A DNA stretch of 64,000 nt. It comes from an uncultured Planctomycetia bacterium. GTDB lineage: Bacteria > Omnitrophota > Gorgyraeia > Gorgyraeales > Gorgyraeaceae. The stretch spans positions 8,048-72,047 of the forward strand of contig CAYPYS010000002.1 of NCBI GenBank assembly GCA_964415355.1, given 5' to 3'. Below the pieces are notes generated by a model. That model did not search any database. It saw only the letters and a program-made list of their open reading frames with translations, and was not told the origin of the DNA. Each line of letters begins with the position of its first letter. Position 1 is the stretch's first letter. This document shows positions 39,145-48,489 of the stretch, piece by piece. The position numbers and the translations under genes are program-made.

Positions 39145-41307
39145 ATGAAAACCAAGCGCAGCGTTACTAAGCGCTCTGTGAACGAAGCAGTACGCATGCA
39201 CAAACGTATTGTTGCTGCTTATAACATGACAGAGCGCCCTAGGGACCAGCTAAAAAAACTAAGTGAATGCTTTGCTAATTTCGGCGTAAACCCTGAGGAA
39301 AATATAAATCATCTGGTAAAGGTATGCGGGGAATTAATGGGCGCTGACTGCGCGCTCTATAATCGTCTGGAGGAAGACGCGCTTTATTCAATAGGCGTAT
39401 GGAATGTGCCTGATGGATTCAACCCCTGCATGAAGCCCCCTGAGGGATACATATGTTACGATTTAATCAAAAAAGAAGATGTCCAGATGTTTGTACTCCG
39501 CAATCTCTTAAAGACGAAATATGCGAAGACAGATCCGTATGTAAAAGAATACGGGCTCCGGACATATATAGGGCATGTGGTTAAATTAGGAGATATTCGT
39601 TTTGGCGCGCTATGCGTTGTTTACCAGAAAGACTTTGTTCCTCATAATGAAGAAAGACAGCTGATGGGAGCTATTGCCTCGGCAATTGCAACAGAGGAAC
39701 AGCGCAGGAAAGAAGAAAGCTATATTCGGAGGAGCGAAGAGGAGTTCAGGCTGGCTTTTGAGAGCGCCAAGGATGCCATATTTTGGGCAGATCCAAAGAC
39801 AGGCATTATAATAAGATGCAATAAGGCGGCAGAACTCCTTTTGGAAAAAACAAGAGATGAAATAATAGGCATCCATCAAACAGACCTTCATCCTGCGTCG
39901 ATGAAAAAGTATCACGCTTCTCAATTCAAGGACCACATAAAAATGAAAAGCGCGATTGATGCCTATGCAGAAGTAATAACCAAGTCAGGCAAGATCAAAC
40001 CCGTCCACATAACATCCTCTACTACTATTGTAGCCGGGCGAGATGTTATACAGGGCATCTTCCGGGATATTACAGAAATCAAGCGCAACGAGATGACCTT
40101 AAAACGTATGAACAGGAAACTGTTAGCGTTTAACCGCAGGCTGCATAAATTATCCCTTAAGGATCCTCATACAGGTCTATATAATCATAATTATTTCGGA
40201 GAGATCATAGAATCAGAATTTTATCGCGCCAAGAGAAACGTCCAGCCGCTTTCCATGATAATGATAGATATAGATTATTTCAAATCACTGAATGACGCAT
40301 ACGGGCATTCGTTCGGAGACTTCATCTTAAAACAATTTTCAAGGAAACTCAGGAAGTCCGTGCGGCTGCATGACCATGTCATAAGATTTGGCGGAGAGGA
40401 ATTTGCGATAGTGCTGCCAATGGCCAACAGGACTGATGCCCTGACCCTGGCAAAAAGGATAGCTGGTTTTATGAAAGGGCATAGTTTCGGGAACAAGAAA
40501 AACAGCATCAAATTAAAATTGAGCCTTGGTGTTTGTTCCTATCCTGACGATAACAGCATTTTTAAGAGTTCTGATTTTATCGAGGTGGCAGAGCGTATAT
40601 TGTCGAAGGCGAAGGAACTGGGAGGGGACAGGATATGCGATGTCAAGGATATAAAGGATAACGGATATTTTCCAAACAAGGTGCCGGAAGGATTGAGCGT
40701 ATCATTCATGAAACGAAAGCTTTCAGACATCACTATGCAGGTAAATCAGAGCCTTACAGAATCCATATTTGCTTTTGCAAAAACCATTAAATGTAAAGAT
40801 AGGTATGCCGGGCAGCATGTAGAGAAGACTGTTTTTTATGCCACAGAGATAGCGAAGAAGTTAGCGTTGCCCGAGGAGGATATCAGGATTATCGAGCAGG
40901 CAGCTATATTGCACGATCTGGGCAAGATAGGGATAAGTGAAAAGATCCTGCTCAAGAAAAAAAATCTTACAACTAAGGAATTCAGAAAGATAAAAGACCA
41001 CCCAAAAATAGCAATCGATATAATAAGGCCTATAAAATCCCTGCATGGTTTGATACCGTTGATCCTTTATCATCACGAGAGGTGGGATGGTAATGGTTAC
41101 CCCAGCGGTCTAAAAGGCAGAGAGATCCCGGTCGGCGCGCGCATAATCGCTATAGCGGATGTCTATCAGGCATTGACTTCAGACCGGCCATACCGCAAGG
41201 CGTTTTCAGAAAAAAAGGCGCTTAGTATAATCAGAGATAATTCTGGTACACAATTTGATCCTGAAATCGCATATGAGTTTTTGAATATCTTAGGAGAAAA
41301 GGAATAG
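39145..41307 (+). CDS. GAF-PAS-GGDEF-HD-GYP c-di-GMP metabolising protein
   Basis: GGEEF; HDLGK; HHERWDGNGYP. Confidence 0.92.
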   Translation: MKTKRSVTKRSVNEAVRMHKRIVAAYNMTERPRDQLKKLSECFANFGVNPEENINHLVKVCGELMGADCALYNRLEEDALYSIGVWNVPDGFNPCMKPPEGYICYDLIKKEDVQMFVLRNLLKTKYAKTDPYVKEYGLRTYIGHVVKLGDIRFGALCVVYQKDFVPHNEERQLMGAIASAIATEEQRRKEESYIRRSEEEFRLAFESAKDAIFWADPKTGIIIRCNKAAELLLEKTRDEIIGIHQTDLHPASMKKYHASQFKDHIKMKSAIDAYAEVITKSGKIKPVHITSSTTIVAGRDVIQGIFRDITEIKRNEMTLKRMNRKLLAFNRRLHKLSLKDPHTGLYNHNYFGEIIESEFYRAKRNVQPLSMIMIDIDYFKSLNDAYGHSFGDFILKQFSRKLRKSVRLHDHVIRFGGEEFAIVLPMANRTDALTLAKRIAGFMKGHSFGNKKNSIKLKLSLGVCSYPDDNSIFKSSDFIEVAERILSKAKELGGDRICDVKDIKDNGYFPNKVPEGLSVSFMKRKLSDITMQVNQSLTESIFAFAKTIKCKDRYAGQHVEKTVFYATEIAKKLALPEEDIRIIEQAAILHDLGKIGISEKILLKKKNLTTKEFRKIKDHPKIAIDIIRPIKSLHGLIPLILYHHERWDGNGYPSGLKGREIPVGARIIAIADVYQALTSDRPYRKAFSEKKALSIIRDNSGTQFDPEIAYEFLNILGEKE

Positions 41308-41370
41308 TTTTTATCCCTCCCTTGTCTTTAATTCCTTCTTATGATAACATGATAAAAAGGCGTTTGCCCC

Positions 41371-41407
41371 TAACTTTACATTTCAACAACGTTAAAGTGT
41401 AAAGTTA
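41371..41407 (+). repeat. 37-bp repeat copy 21
   Basis: Consensus sequence. Confidence 0.95.
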
Positions 41408-41417
41408 GGCGAGGAAT

Positions 41418-41708
41418 ATGGACGAAAATCTCTATAATCAGATCCAGGATAGGAAGCTTCATGAGCACGAGGCCTTATGCAAACGTTGCGGTAGCTGCTG
41501 TGGTGTTTTAGAGGGTGACCTTTGCGAACATCTGCAAAAAACGCCTGACAAAGGGTATTTCTGCGATATTTACGAGAATCGTTTCGGGCTGCGAAAGACT
41601 GTAAAAGGCGAACCAGTGCTGTGTGTCCCGATACGTGACATGCTCCACAGGACATGGTGGGGTCGCACCCAGTGCGCTTACGTGAGGCAAGGAGGAGAGA
41701 TAAGATGA
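41418..41708 (+). CDS. YkgJ-like CxxCxxCC cysteine-cluster protein
   Basis: CKRCGSCC, CEHL, CDIYENR. Confidence 0.75.
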   Translation: MDENLYNQIQDRKLHEHEALCKRCGSCCGVLEGDLCEHLQKTPDKGYFCDIYENRFGLRKTVKGEPVLCVPIRDMLHRTWWGRTQCAYVRQGGEIR

Positions 41709-42331
41709 GGAAAATATTGCATATTATTGCGACACCGAGAGGCGGGGAGTCGAGGACGCTTAAGGTGAGCTGGGCGTTTTTGGAGACATTGCAGTCAAAA
41801 GGGCATGACTGGGACGTAGACACGCTGAATCTGTTCGAGGAAGAACTTCCAGAGCTTACAGTCAAGAGGGTCGACGGGAAATACGCGCTTCTTGGCGGCA
41901 AAGATTTGTCAGGAGAACTGAAAGCGTCATGGCAGGAGATCGTCGCGGTTATCGAGAGATTTTTATCAGCAGATGCTTATCTGATAAGCTCTCCGATGTG
42001 GAACTTCGGGATCCCCTATCGCTTGAAACATTATATAGACGTGATCATGCAGCCAAGATATCTCTTTAGTTATACTGCCAGCGGGCCTGAAGGGCTGGCA
42101 AAAAATAAGAAGATGGTAGTCGTGACAAGCCGGGGAGGGGATTATAGCTCTAAAGAGATGTCGAAGATGGATCTCGAGGAGCCCTATCTTCGTACTATTT
42201 TTGCATTGGCTGGCATCGAGGATATTGATTTTATAAACGCGCAGCCCATGGACGCGATGGGGCTGGATGTTCAGAAGCAAAAAATAGAAGAAGCTAAAAA
42301 GCTGGCAAGAAGCATGGCAGCGAGTTTATAA
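41705..42331 (+). CDS. azoR: FMN-dependent NADH azoreductase
   Basis: PMWNFGIP..LK.YID, TSRGG.Y. Confidence 0.9.
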   Translation: MRKILHIIATPRGGESRTLKVSWAFLETLQSKGHDWDVDTLNLFEEELPELTVKRVDGKYALLGGKDLSGELKASWQEIVAVIERFLSADAYLISSPMWNFGIPYRLKHYIDVIMQPRYLFSYTASGPEGLAKNKKMVVVTSRGGDYSSKEMSKMDLEEPYLRTIFALAGIEDIDFINAQPMDAMGLDVQKQKIEEAKKLARSMAASL

Positions 42332-42332
42332 A

Positions 42333-42524
42333 ATGCCAGGATATATCTGTCCGAATTGTAAAAAGCCTATTTATGATGACGAGGCCTTGCTGTGCCTTTA
42401 TTGCGGAGACAGCCTTAAGCGCAGCGTAGGCTTTATGGGGAAGTTTAAATATCCGACGCCAAGAGTGATGCTGCTGATTATTATTGCGCTGACGCTCCTG
42501 GCTTTTTTATTATTAATATTATAG
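42333..42524 (+). CDS. Small Zn-ribbon membrane protein
   Basis: CPNC..CLYCG plus a C-terminal TM. Confidence 0.7.
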   Translation: MPGYICPNCKKPIYDDEALLCLYCGDSLKRSVGFMGKFKYPTPRVMLLIIIALTLLAFLLLIL

Positions 42525-42537
42525 AAAGGAGTGGCGC

Positions 42538-43002
42538 ATGAAAAGAATCGTGCTTTTAGCTTTTGGTTTGGTTTTAATTGTTGCTGCGACAGCAATGGCT
42601 ATTCAACTGCCCGGTGTCGAGAACATTAAGGAAGATATGCCCGTTGGAGCTAAAAAGATCGCAGAGTCTTTTTCCAAGGCAGTGCTGGATAGGATTAGCG
42701 ACAAAACAGGGGTCCTTGAAAAAGATATCGAGGCGTATTTTCTTAGTATGGCCGTGATATTGATAAACGGAGGATTGGAGGTTAAAGAAGCAGAAGAGGT
42801 AATTGATAGGTCACTGCCTCTATATGAGACTTTTCTTGCAGAGATCATGGATGGAAACAAGCCAGATCCTTATATAAATACTTATATTGACAGGGTCCAG
42901 AAATTACTCAAAGAGTTTGGTTTTAGCAATGACGATACAACCAAGCTACTCATTCTTATAAAAAACCATTTCTTTAAACTATGGGAATCTATCGGTAGGT
43001 GA
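42538..43002 (+). CDS. Hypothetical exported protein
   Basis: RBS, signal peptide AMA. Confidence 0.65.
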   Translation: MKRIVLLAFGLVLIVAATAMAIQLPGVENIKEDMPVGAKKIAESFSKAVLDRISDKTGVLEKDIEAYFLSMAVILINGGLEVKEAEEVIDRSLPLYETFLAEIMDGNKPDPYINTYIDRVQKLLKEFGFSNDDTTKLLILIKNHFFKLWESIGR

Positions 43003-43028
43003 TAAGGTGTAAACTTAAGTGAGTAAAT

Positions 43029-44258
43029 ATGAAGAGAAATATTTTAAAACCTGAGCTTGTTTCGCCTGCAGGGGATTGGCCTTCATTGGTCGCTGCAGTG
43101 GAGGGCGGGGCGGATAGTGTATATTTTGGCGTAAAGATCCTCAATATGAGGAACCTGGCGGCTAACTTTGACGTAACAGAGCTTCCGAAGATAATGAAAT
43201 TCCTACGCGATAATGATAAAAAAGGCTATCTGGCTCTTAACGTGATAGTCATGGATAAGGAGCTTGCCAAGGTAGAGAGGATATTGCGCGCTGCGAAAAA
43301 AGCAGACGTAGACGCGGTTATATTATGGGATATGGCTGTTTTTTCTATAGCGAAGAGACTAGGCTTAAAGATCCATCTTTCAACGCAGGCCAGTGTCTCC
43401 AATAAAGAGGCGCTTTTGTTTTTTTCCAAGCTAGGCGCCAGAAGGGTAGTGCTGGCGAGAGAATGTTCCTTGGGGGATATAAAGGAGATCTCGAATTATA
43501 TCGCGAAAAAGCGCTTGAACTGCGAAATAGAAACGTTTATTCACGGCGCCATGTGCGTGAGCGTCTCAGGTAGATGTTTTTTATCCGAACATTCGTTTGG
43601 GAGGTCAGCGAATCGAGGCCAGTGCCTCCAGCCGTGCCGCAGGGAATATTATATTTCCGATGTAGAGGGGGAGGTTTCTTATCGCTTAGGCAAAGATTAT
43701 ATTTTAAGCCCAAAGGATTTGTGCGTGATCGATTTTATTGATGAACTGCTCGCGGCGGGCATGCACGCGCTTAAGATAGAAGGAAGGATGAAGTCTGCGG
43801 AATACACGAGAGTAGTGACGTTTGTTTATAGAAAAGCGATAGATCTTGCTTTAAAAGGTGCGCTTTCAGAAAAGCTAAAAAAGGATCTTAAAAAAGAATT
43901 AGAGGCAGTTTATAACCGCGGATTTTCAAAGGGGTTTTTATTTGGCGTTCCCGTGGGAGAGATAAGTAAAGGCGGAGAACATACTCACGAGAAAGTCTTT
44001 ATAGGCGAGGTGACAAAGTTTTTCAAGAAGATAAGCGTTGCCCGGATAAAGATATTTGATCATGCTTTTAAGGTGGGAGACGATATAATGTTTATCGGGA
44101 AAAACACGCCTGCCCGGGCTGCCTCGGTAAGCCAGATCGAACACAGGCATAAGCCCAGAAAAAAGGCCTTAAAGGGCGAGGAAGTCGGCGTAAAACTCCC
44201 TTTTTTTGTAAGGCAGAACGACAAAGTATTTCTCTGGCGTAAGAAACTTAGATCATGA
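43029..44258 (+). CDS. Peptidase U32 family (TrhP/RlhA-like)
   Basis: ELVSPAG, HGAMC.S.SGRC, NRGQCLQPCR, KIEGR. Confidence 0.92.
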   Translation: MKRNILKPELVSPAGDWPSLVAAVEGGADSVYFGVKILNMRNLAANFDVTELPKIMKFLRDNDKKGYLALNVIVMDKELAKVERILRAAKKADVDAVILWDMAVFSIAKRLGLKIHLSTQASVSNKEALLFFSKLGARRVVLARECSLGDIKEISNYIAKKRLNCEIETFIHGAMCVSVSGRCFLSEHSFGRSANRGQCLQPCRREYYISDVEGEVSYRLGKDYILSPKDLCVIDFIDELLAAGMHALKIEGRMKSAEYTRVVTFVYRKAIDLALKGALSEKLKKDLKKELEAVYNRGFSKGFLFGVPVGEISKGGEHTHEKVFIGEVTKFFKKISVARIKIFDHAFKVGDDIMFIGKNTPARAASVSQIEHRHKPRKKALKGEEVGVKLPFFVRQNDKVFLWRKKLRS

Positions 44259-44668
44259 CTATATTCAATGTAACCAGCGAAAAAGAAGACGTTTTAAAAG
44301 CTAAGATGGAGTCTCTCAACATAAAAGAAAGAGACATAGAGGAAAGGTTTATCCGCGCGAGCAAGAAGGGCGGACAAAAGGTCAATAAGACTTCCTCGTG
44401 CGTTTATCTTAAGCACAGGCCTACGGGAATAGAGGTCAAGTGCCAGAGAGAGCGCTCCCAGGCATTAAACAGGTTTCTGGCCAGAAGGATACTCGCTGAT
44501 AAGATCGAGTCGCTCGTCCTGGGCAAAAAGGCAGCGGAGCAAAAGAGAATAGAAAAGATAAGGCGCCAGAAGAGGAGGCGCTCCCGCCGCGCAAAAGAAA
44601 AGATGCTCAGGTATAAAAAAATCCGATCTCAAAAAAAGGAGCTGCGCAGGCCGCCCGCGCTGGCCTAA
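44255..44668 (+). CDS. Class-I release-factor-like peptidyl-tRNA hydrolase (ArfB/YaeJ-like)
   Basis: GGQKVNK, RSQALNR, basic tail. Confidence 0.85.
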   Translation: MTIFNVTSEKEDVLKAKMESLNIKERDIEERFIRASKKGGQKVNKTSSCVYLKHRPTGIEVKCQRERSQALNRFLARRILADKIESLVLGKKAAEQKRIEKIRRQKRRRSRRAKEKMLRYKKIRSQKKELRRPPALA

Positions 44669-44702
44669 GTTTACACTTTAACGTTGTTGAAATGTAAAGT
44701 TA
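44666..44702 (-). repeat. 37-bp repeat copy 22 (last in the window; TAA is a stop codon)
   Basis: GCC-TAAG variant. Confidence 0.95.
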
Positions 44703-44758
44703 GTGTTATGATATTATTGTAAATAAAATGCAGTAAGCAAACAAAAGGAGGAATACCA

Positions 44759-44992
44759 ATGCCATATGATGCTTCTTTAGACAAGGAAATCTTTGGTAAG
44801 GCTGTTGAGAATGACATGGGGAGATTGTCAGTAAAGGTTATGGCTTACAATGAAGGCGTCAAGAAATTGCAGATATCCAGGGAGAGACGCGACGCGGAAG
44901 GCGAATATAAATTTGCCAAATTAGGGAGAATGACAAAGGAAGAGGCGGAGAGTATTGTTCCTTTGATCCAAGAAGCCCTGCCGCAGATGTAA
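44759..44992 (+). CDS. Small hypothetical protein (possibly PC4-like fold)
   Basis: Strong RBS AAGGAGG; YNEG.KKLQISR..KLGRMT. Confidence 0.65.
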   Translation: MPYDASLDKEIFGKAVENDMGRLSVKVMAYNEGVKKLQISRERRDAEGEYKFAKLGRMTKEEAESIVPLIQEALPQM

Positions 44993-45018
44993 GGATTCCG
45001 AAGACAGCTATAAGATAT

Positions 45019-45444
45019 ATGAGAATCAGGGTATTTTTGTTATTGGCTATGGTTTTGTTTTTGAAAAACCCGGCCTTGGCTGAAGCTGGCGTGGGAGAAA
45101 AGCTGGCCGGCGTGACCATTAAAAGCACGGTTAAGGTATATGTAGCAATAACAAACATTGAAAAGACAAAGAAGAAGATCGTTGATAAGATACAAAAAAC
45201 AGATAAAAAAGAATTCAGGGAACGATATGCCAAGCTTTATGAGCTGGTAAAGGATTTGCCTTCGGATATAAAGACTACTTACAGGATCACCCCTGGCATG
45301 ACCATGGAGCAGATGGTTGAAAATGTAAGATCAGTAGATAAGAAGGCGGTATATAAAATAATAAATAGCATGTCCGATAGAACTGTTACAGAGCTTTTTA
45401 AGCAATATCTTAAGGAGATGGGCAAAAAATCCAAAAAAATGTAA
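45019..45444 (+). CDS. Hypothetical exported protein
   Basis: Signal peptide. Confidence 0.6.
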   Translation: MRIRVFLLLAMVLFLKNPALAEAGVGEKLAGVTIKSTVKVYVAITNIEKTKKKIVDKIQKTDKKEFRERYAKLYELVKDLPSDIKTTYRITPGMTMEQMVENVRSVDKKAVYKIINSMSDRTVTELFKQYLKEMGKKSKKM

Positions 45445-45605
45445 ACTATGATTACAATTAAATGCGGAAAGTAAAACCTTCACGGCGAAAGCTGTGAGGG
45501 TTTTTTATTTTTGACCCCGTCGCCATAAATCCTGAGATATTGGCCGATTGGTGATCCCTGCGACTTATTGACTATTTTGAAGACAGGGTGTAGAATGAAA
45601 TTAAG
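45440..45605 (+). repeat. Internally deleted copy of the A/B-peptide module (terminator, peptide 3' remnant, promoter)
   Basis: Matches 45916-46017 and 47293-47373. Confidence 0.8.
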
Positions 45606-45617
45606 TGGGAGGTGCAT

Positions 45618-45890
45618 ATGGACTGGAAGATATTTTTGGCAACGTTTAGCGCTATATTTCTTGCAGAACTTGCAGATAAGACACAGTTTGTTGGTATTGG
45701 CATGTCAGCGAAGTCAGGGAAACCTTTATCGGTTTGGCTTGGCTCTATATCCGCGTATATCATTGTTACTGCTATCACGGTTTTGATCGGAGCTACTCTA
45801 GGAAAGTACATAAAACCCGAGATCGTAAGATATACTGGCGCATCGCTATTTGTAATAATCGGAATTTTGATGTTTTTCGGGAAAATATGA
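45618..45890 (+). CDS. TMEM165/GDT1 (UPF0016) Mn/Ca transporter, single-repeat form
   Basis: FLAELADKTQ motif, 3 TM. Confidence 0.85.
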   Translation: MDWKIFLATFSAIFLAELADKTQFVGIGMSAKSGKPLSVWLGSISAYIIVTAITVLIGATLGKYIKPEIVRYTGASLFVIIGILMFFGKI

Positions 45891-45941
45891 AACCTTGACA
45901 AACCTGTGATCCCGATGTAAACTATGACTACAATTAAATAA

Positions 45942-46017
45942 TGTCCCGTGTTTGAAGGATGAAATCCCGGACAATAATAAAGTAAAACCTTCACGGCGAA
46001 AGCTGTGAGGGTTTTTT
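45942..46017 (+). ncRNA. Unrecognised structured leader, type A (GAAGG-loop hairpin plus terminator)
   Basis: Follows TTGACA-17-TAAACT; homologous to 55450-55376(-). Confidence 0.55.
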
Positions 46018-46038
46018 GTTTTATATAACTCCGTGCTA

Positions 46039-46140
46039 TTACCTAACAAATATATTAGAAGTACTGTTTGTTAGGTAACTTTCCTTATTGACATTTGTTA
46101 CCTAACAATGTATACTATTTAATAGAGTGTTAGGTAACAA
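46039..46140 (+). promoter_or_regulatory. Promoter with two operator inverted repeats
   Basis: TTGACA(46088)-17-TATACT; TTACCTAACA-N20-TGTTAGGTAA occurs twice. Confidence 0.8.
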
Positions 46141-46151
46141 GGGGGTGCAAT

Positions 46152-46469
46152 ATGGGCGTTATAAAAGGAGCCTTGAAAGAAGAGCTTGAAAATTCTCTGC
46201 GCATGAAGAAGGAATATGAAAAGGCCTTAAAGGAGCTTCCGGATGGATGCTTGGCCGAAAAGAAGATACGCGGCCATAAATATTATTATTTAGTCAAAAG
46301 GTTCCATAAGAAGGTCAAATATATCTATAAAGGTAAGCTTTTAAAGGAAGAGGTCGCTAAATACAACGACGCTAAGATCCTAAGGGCTAAATACAGAAAA
46401 TTGCTGTCGCAGGTTAAAAAGCAGATAAGGTTTTTAAGGAGTAGTCTACGTGGAAAAGAATCAATATAA
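46152..46469 (+). CDS. Small basic protein, putative antitoxin/DNA-binding partner
   Basis: G.L..KKIRGHKYYYL..YIYKG motif; overlaps the next gene. Confidence 0.65.
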   Translation: MGVIKGALKEELENSLRMKKEYEKALKELPDGCLAEKKIRGHKYYYLVKRFHKKVKYIYKGKLLKEEVAKYNDAKILRAKYRKLLSQVKKQIRFLRSSLRGKESI

Positions 46470-47124
46470 ACTATGCCTCGAGGTCCTCAAGCGGTTTAAT
46501 AAAGCAGGTATTCTGGACGGATTCATTTTGATAGGCAGCTGGTGCCTGTATTTTTACAAGGCCTATTTCAAGAAAACCCCATATATAGATGTTTCTACGC
46601 TTAGAACCAGGGATATAGATTTTTTAATACCTATTCCGCCAAAGATTAGGAAAAGCGTTGATGTGCCAGAGCTACTCAAGGATCTTGGATTTGTGACGGA
46701 TTTTAAAGGAAGCAGAGGCTACATAAAGCTCGATCACCCTGACCTTATATTGGAATTTTTAGTACCGGAAAAAGGCAGAGGGGATGACAGGCCTTACAGG
46801 TTGCCACAATTAGGTATGAACGCTACGTCATTAAGGTTTCTAAGTTTTTTAATGGATAACGTTATCCGAATCAAGGTAGAAGATTTTTATATCAATGTAC
46901 CGCATCCCGCGAATTTCGCATTGCATAAACTTATTATTTTTCAGAGGAGAACAAAGGAGTATAAGGTTTTAAAAGATAAAAATACAGCTATTGGAGTTCT
47001 AAGGGCATTGCTCGATAAAGGCGAAGGCCATATAATCAAAAAGACACTGGGATCTGTTCCTCAGAAGTGGAAGAAAAAGATTATCAAAGGATTGGAGGGA
47101 GAGAAAGCGCTTCATATTTTCTAA
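46450..47124 (+). CDS. GSU2403-like nucleotidyltransferase-fold protein (AbiEii-like putative toxin)
   Basis: LIGSW, RTRDIDF, PANFALHKL, KD. Confidence 0.75.
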   Translation: MEKNQYKLCLEVLKRFNKAGILDGFILIGSWCLYFYKAYFKKTPYIDVSTLRTRDIDFLIPIPPKIRKSVDVPELLKDLGFVTDFKGSRGYIKLDHPDLILEFLVPEKGRGDDRPYRLPQLGMNATSLRFLSFLMDNVIRIKVEDFYINVPHPANFALHKLIIFQRRTKEYKVLKDKNTAIGVLRALLDKGEGHIIKKTLGSVPQKWKKKIIKGLEGEKALHIF

Positions 47125-47133
47125 TCTCATCTC

Positions 47134-47220
47134 AGTCGTACGTTCGAAGGGGTTCACTGCGACTCTAAACAATTAAAACCTTCTTTTGTCAACCGTACCA
47201 CCAAACAAAAGGAGGTTTTA
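47134..47220 (+). ncRNA. Unrecognised structured leader, type B (GAAGG-loop hairpin plus RBS-sequestering stem)
   Basis: AGTCGTACGT..GAAGGGG..ACTGCGACT; TAAAACCTTCTTTTG/CAAAAGGAGGTTTTA; homologous to 55108-55031(-). Confidence 0.55.
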
Positions 47221-47322
47221 ATGCTTATAGCCAAGGTTTTCCGACTTATCCTGATAACCATAATCTTCATAATAGCTTACCTTCCGATCACTATAAATCC
47301 TGAGATATTGGCCGATTGGTGA
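47221..47322 (+). CDS. 33-aa hydrophobic peptide (YLPITINP family)
   Basis: GGAGG RBS; MLIAKVFRLILITIIFIIAYLPITINPEILADW*; paralog at 55030-54869. Confidence 0.65.
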   Translation: MLIAKVFRLILITIIFIIAYLPITINPEILADW

Positions 47323-47387
47323 TCCCTGTGACTTATTGACTATTTTAGAGGATGAGGGTAGAATGAAATTAAATGGGCAGCGCATAT

Positions 47388-48161
47388 ATGAATAAGAAAC
47401 CATTAAGCAAGATGACTCAAGATGAAATAAAAGAGGCAGTTAAAGAAAAATACAGCAAAGTGGCAAAAGAACCCTGCGTTTCGTTTAACTTCCCGGTAGG
47501 AAAGGCTTTTGCTTTAAAAGTAGGTTATCCTAAAGATATACTTGGCAGACTTCCTCGATCCATGTATGAATCCTTTACAGGCGCCAATAATCCTCAACCT
47601 TTTGTGGAGTTAAAAGAGGGAGAAACAGTCTTAGATTTAGGGTGTGGGGCAGGATTAGACCTTTATTTTTATGCAAAAGCAGTAGGAACTAATGGTAAGG
47701 TCTATGGCTTAGATATTTCGCAAGATATGATCAGTAAGGCAAGAGATAATATGGAAGCAGCAGGAGTTAAGAATGCAGAAATTAAATGCGGCCACTCCGA
47801 TAGCCTTCCTTTTGAAGATAATTTTTTTGATATTGTAGCCTCAAATGGAATCTATAATCTATCACCTAACAAAGAAAAAGTTATGAAAGAAGTATTCAGG
47901 GTATTGAAGCCCGGAGGTAGAACTGTTTTTAGTGAAGTTGTTCTAAAAGACAGCCTCCCGGAAAGCATAAAAAAGAATATTGATGACTGGTTTCGGTGTA
48001 TAGGTGGCGCATTGCCTGAAAGAGATTTTTTAGCACTTATGGAAAAGGTTGGATTTAGGAATATAGAGGTTATATCAAAAGTCAGGAATGCCAGAACAGG
48101 TCATAAGTTAGCCATTTGTGCCAACATCCGCGGTTATAAGGGAGGAGTTTTAAATGGATAA
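47388..48161 (+). CDS. ArsM-like SAM-dependent methyltransferase
   Basis: VLDLGCGAGLD, RVLKPGG, WFRCIGGAL. Confidence 0.8.
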   Translation: MNKKPLSKMTQDEIKEAVKEKYSKVAKEPCVSFNFPVGKAFALKVGYPKDILGRLPRSMYESFTGANNPQPFVELKEGETVLDLGCGAGLDLYFYAKAVGTNGKVYGLDISQDMISKARDNMEAAGVKNAEIKCGHSDSLPFEDNFFDIVASNGIYNLSPNKEKVMKEVFRVLKPGGRTVFSEVVLKDSLPESIKKNIDDWFRCIGGALPERDFLALMEKVGFRNIEVISKVRNARTGHKLAICANIRGYKGGVLNG

Positions 48162-48489
48162 GCTTGCAGGAGAAGCGCTTAAATTGGTTGATATGGTGGA
48201 TTATCAAGCTGGGTCTGTGGTGAGCAAGCAGATAATAAAGAAAGACACAGGAACAGTGACTTTGTTTGCCTTTGATAAGGGACAGGGGTTGAGTGAACAT
48301 ACGGTGCCGTTTGACGCCCTGGTTTATATTTTTGACGGTGAGGCAGAGATCACTATAGATGGCAGGCCTAACTTAGTAGGGTCAGGCAATATGATAATCA
48401 TGCCGGCTAATAAACCGCATTCTGTAAAAGCAGCAAAGCGGTTCAAGATGCTTCTTGTAATGATAAAGGAAAAGAACTTAGGTATCTAA
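48154..48489 (+). CDS. Cupin-domain protein
   Basis: FDKGQGLSEHT, MPANKPH. Confidence 0.9.
   Translation: MDKLAGEALKLVDMVDYQAGSVVSKQIIKKDTGTVTLFAFDKGQGLSEHTVPFDALVYIFDGEAEITIDGRPNLVGSGNMIIMPANKPHSVKAAKRFKMLLVMIKEKNLGI

Noticed and set aside
37692-43017. Possible half-copies of the repeat (TAACCTTAC at 37692; TGTAAACTTA at 43008)
   Set aside because: Only 9-10 AT-rich bases, so they may be chance; not counted
84-44702. 37-bp repeats as a CRISPR array
   Set aside because: Copies are separated by whole genes (0.9-5 kb), occur in both orientations, and no cas genes are present
2394-44706. Repeats as classical integron attC sites (YTAAC...GTTAGRY ends, stop codon in the left end)
   Set aside because: About 45 bp is shorter than attC; the arms pair without extrahelical bases or an unpaired spacer; orientation is mixed; flanked genes are housekeeping; no intI is seen. 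Kept only as an analogy
47134-47164. Leader B as a ZTP (pfl) riboswitch because of the AGTCGT...CGACT stem
   Set aside because: Lacks the GACTGGCG junction and the downstream CGCCTGGGC pseudoknot hairpin
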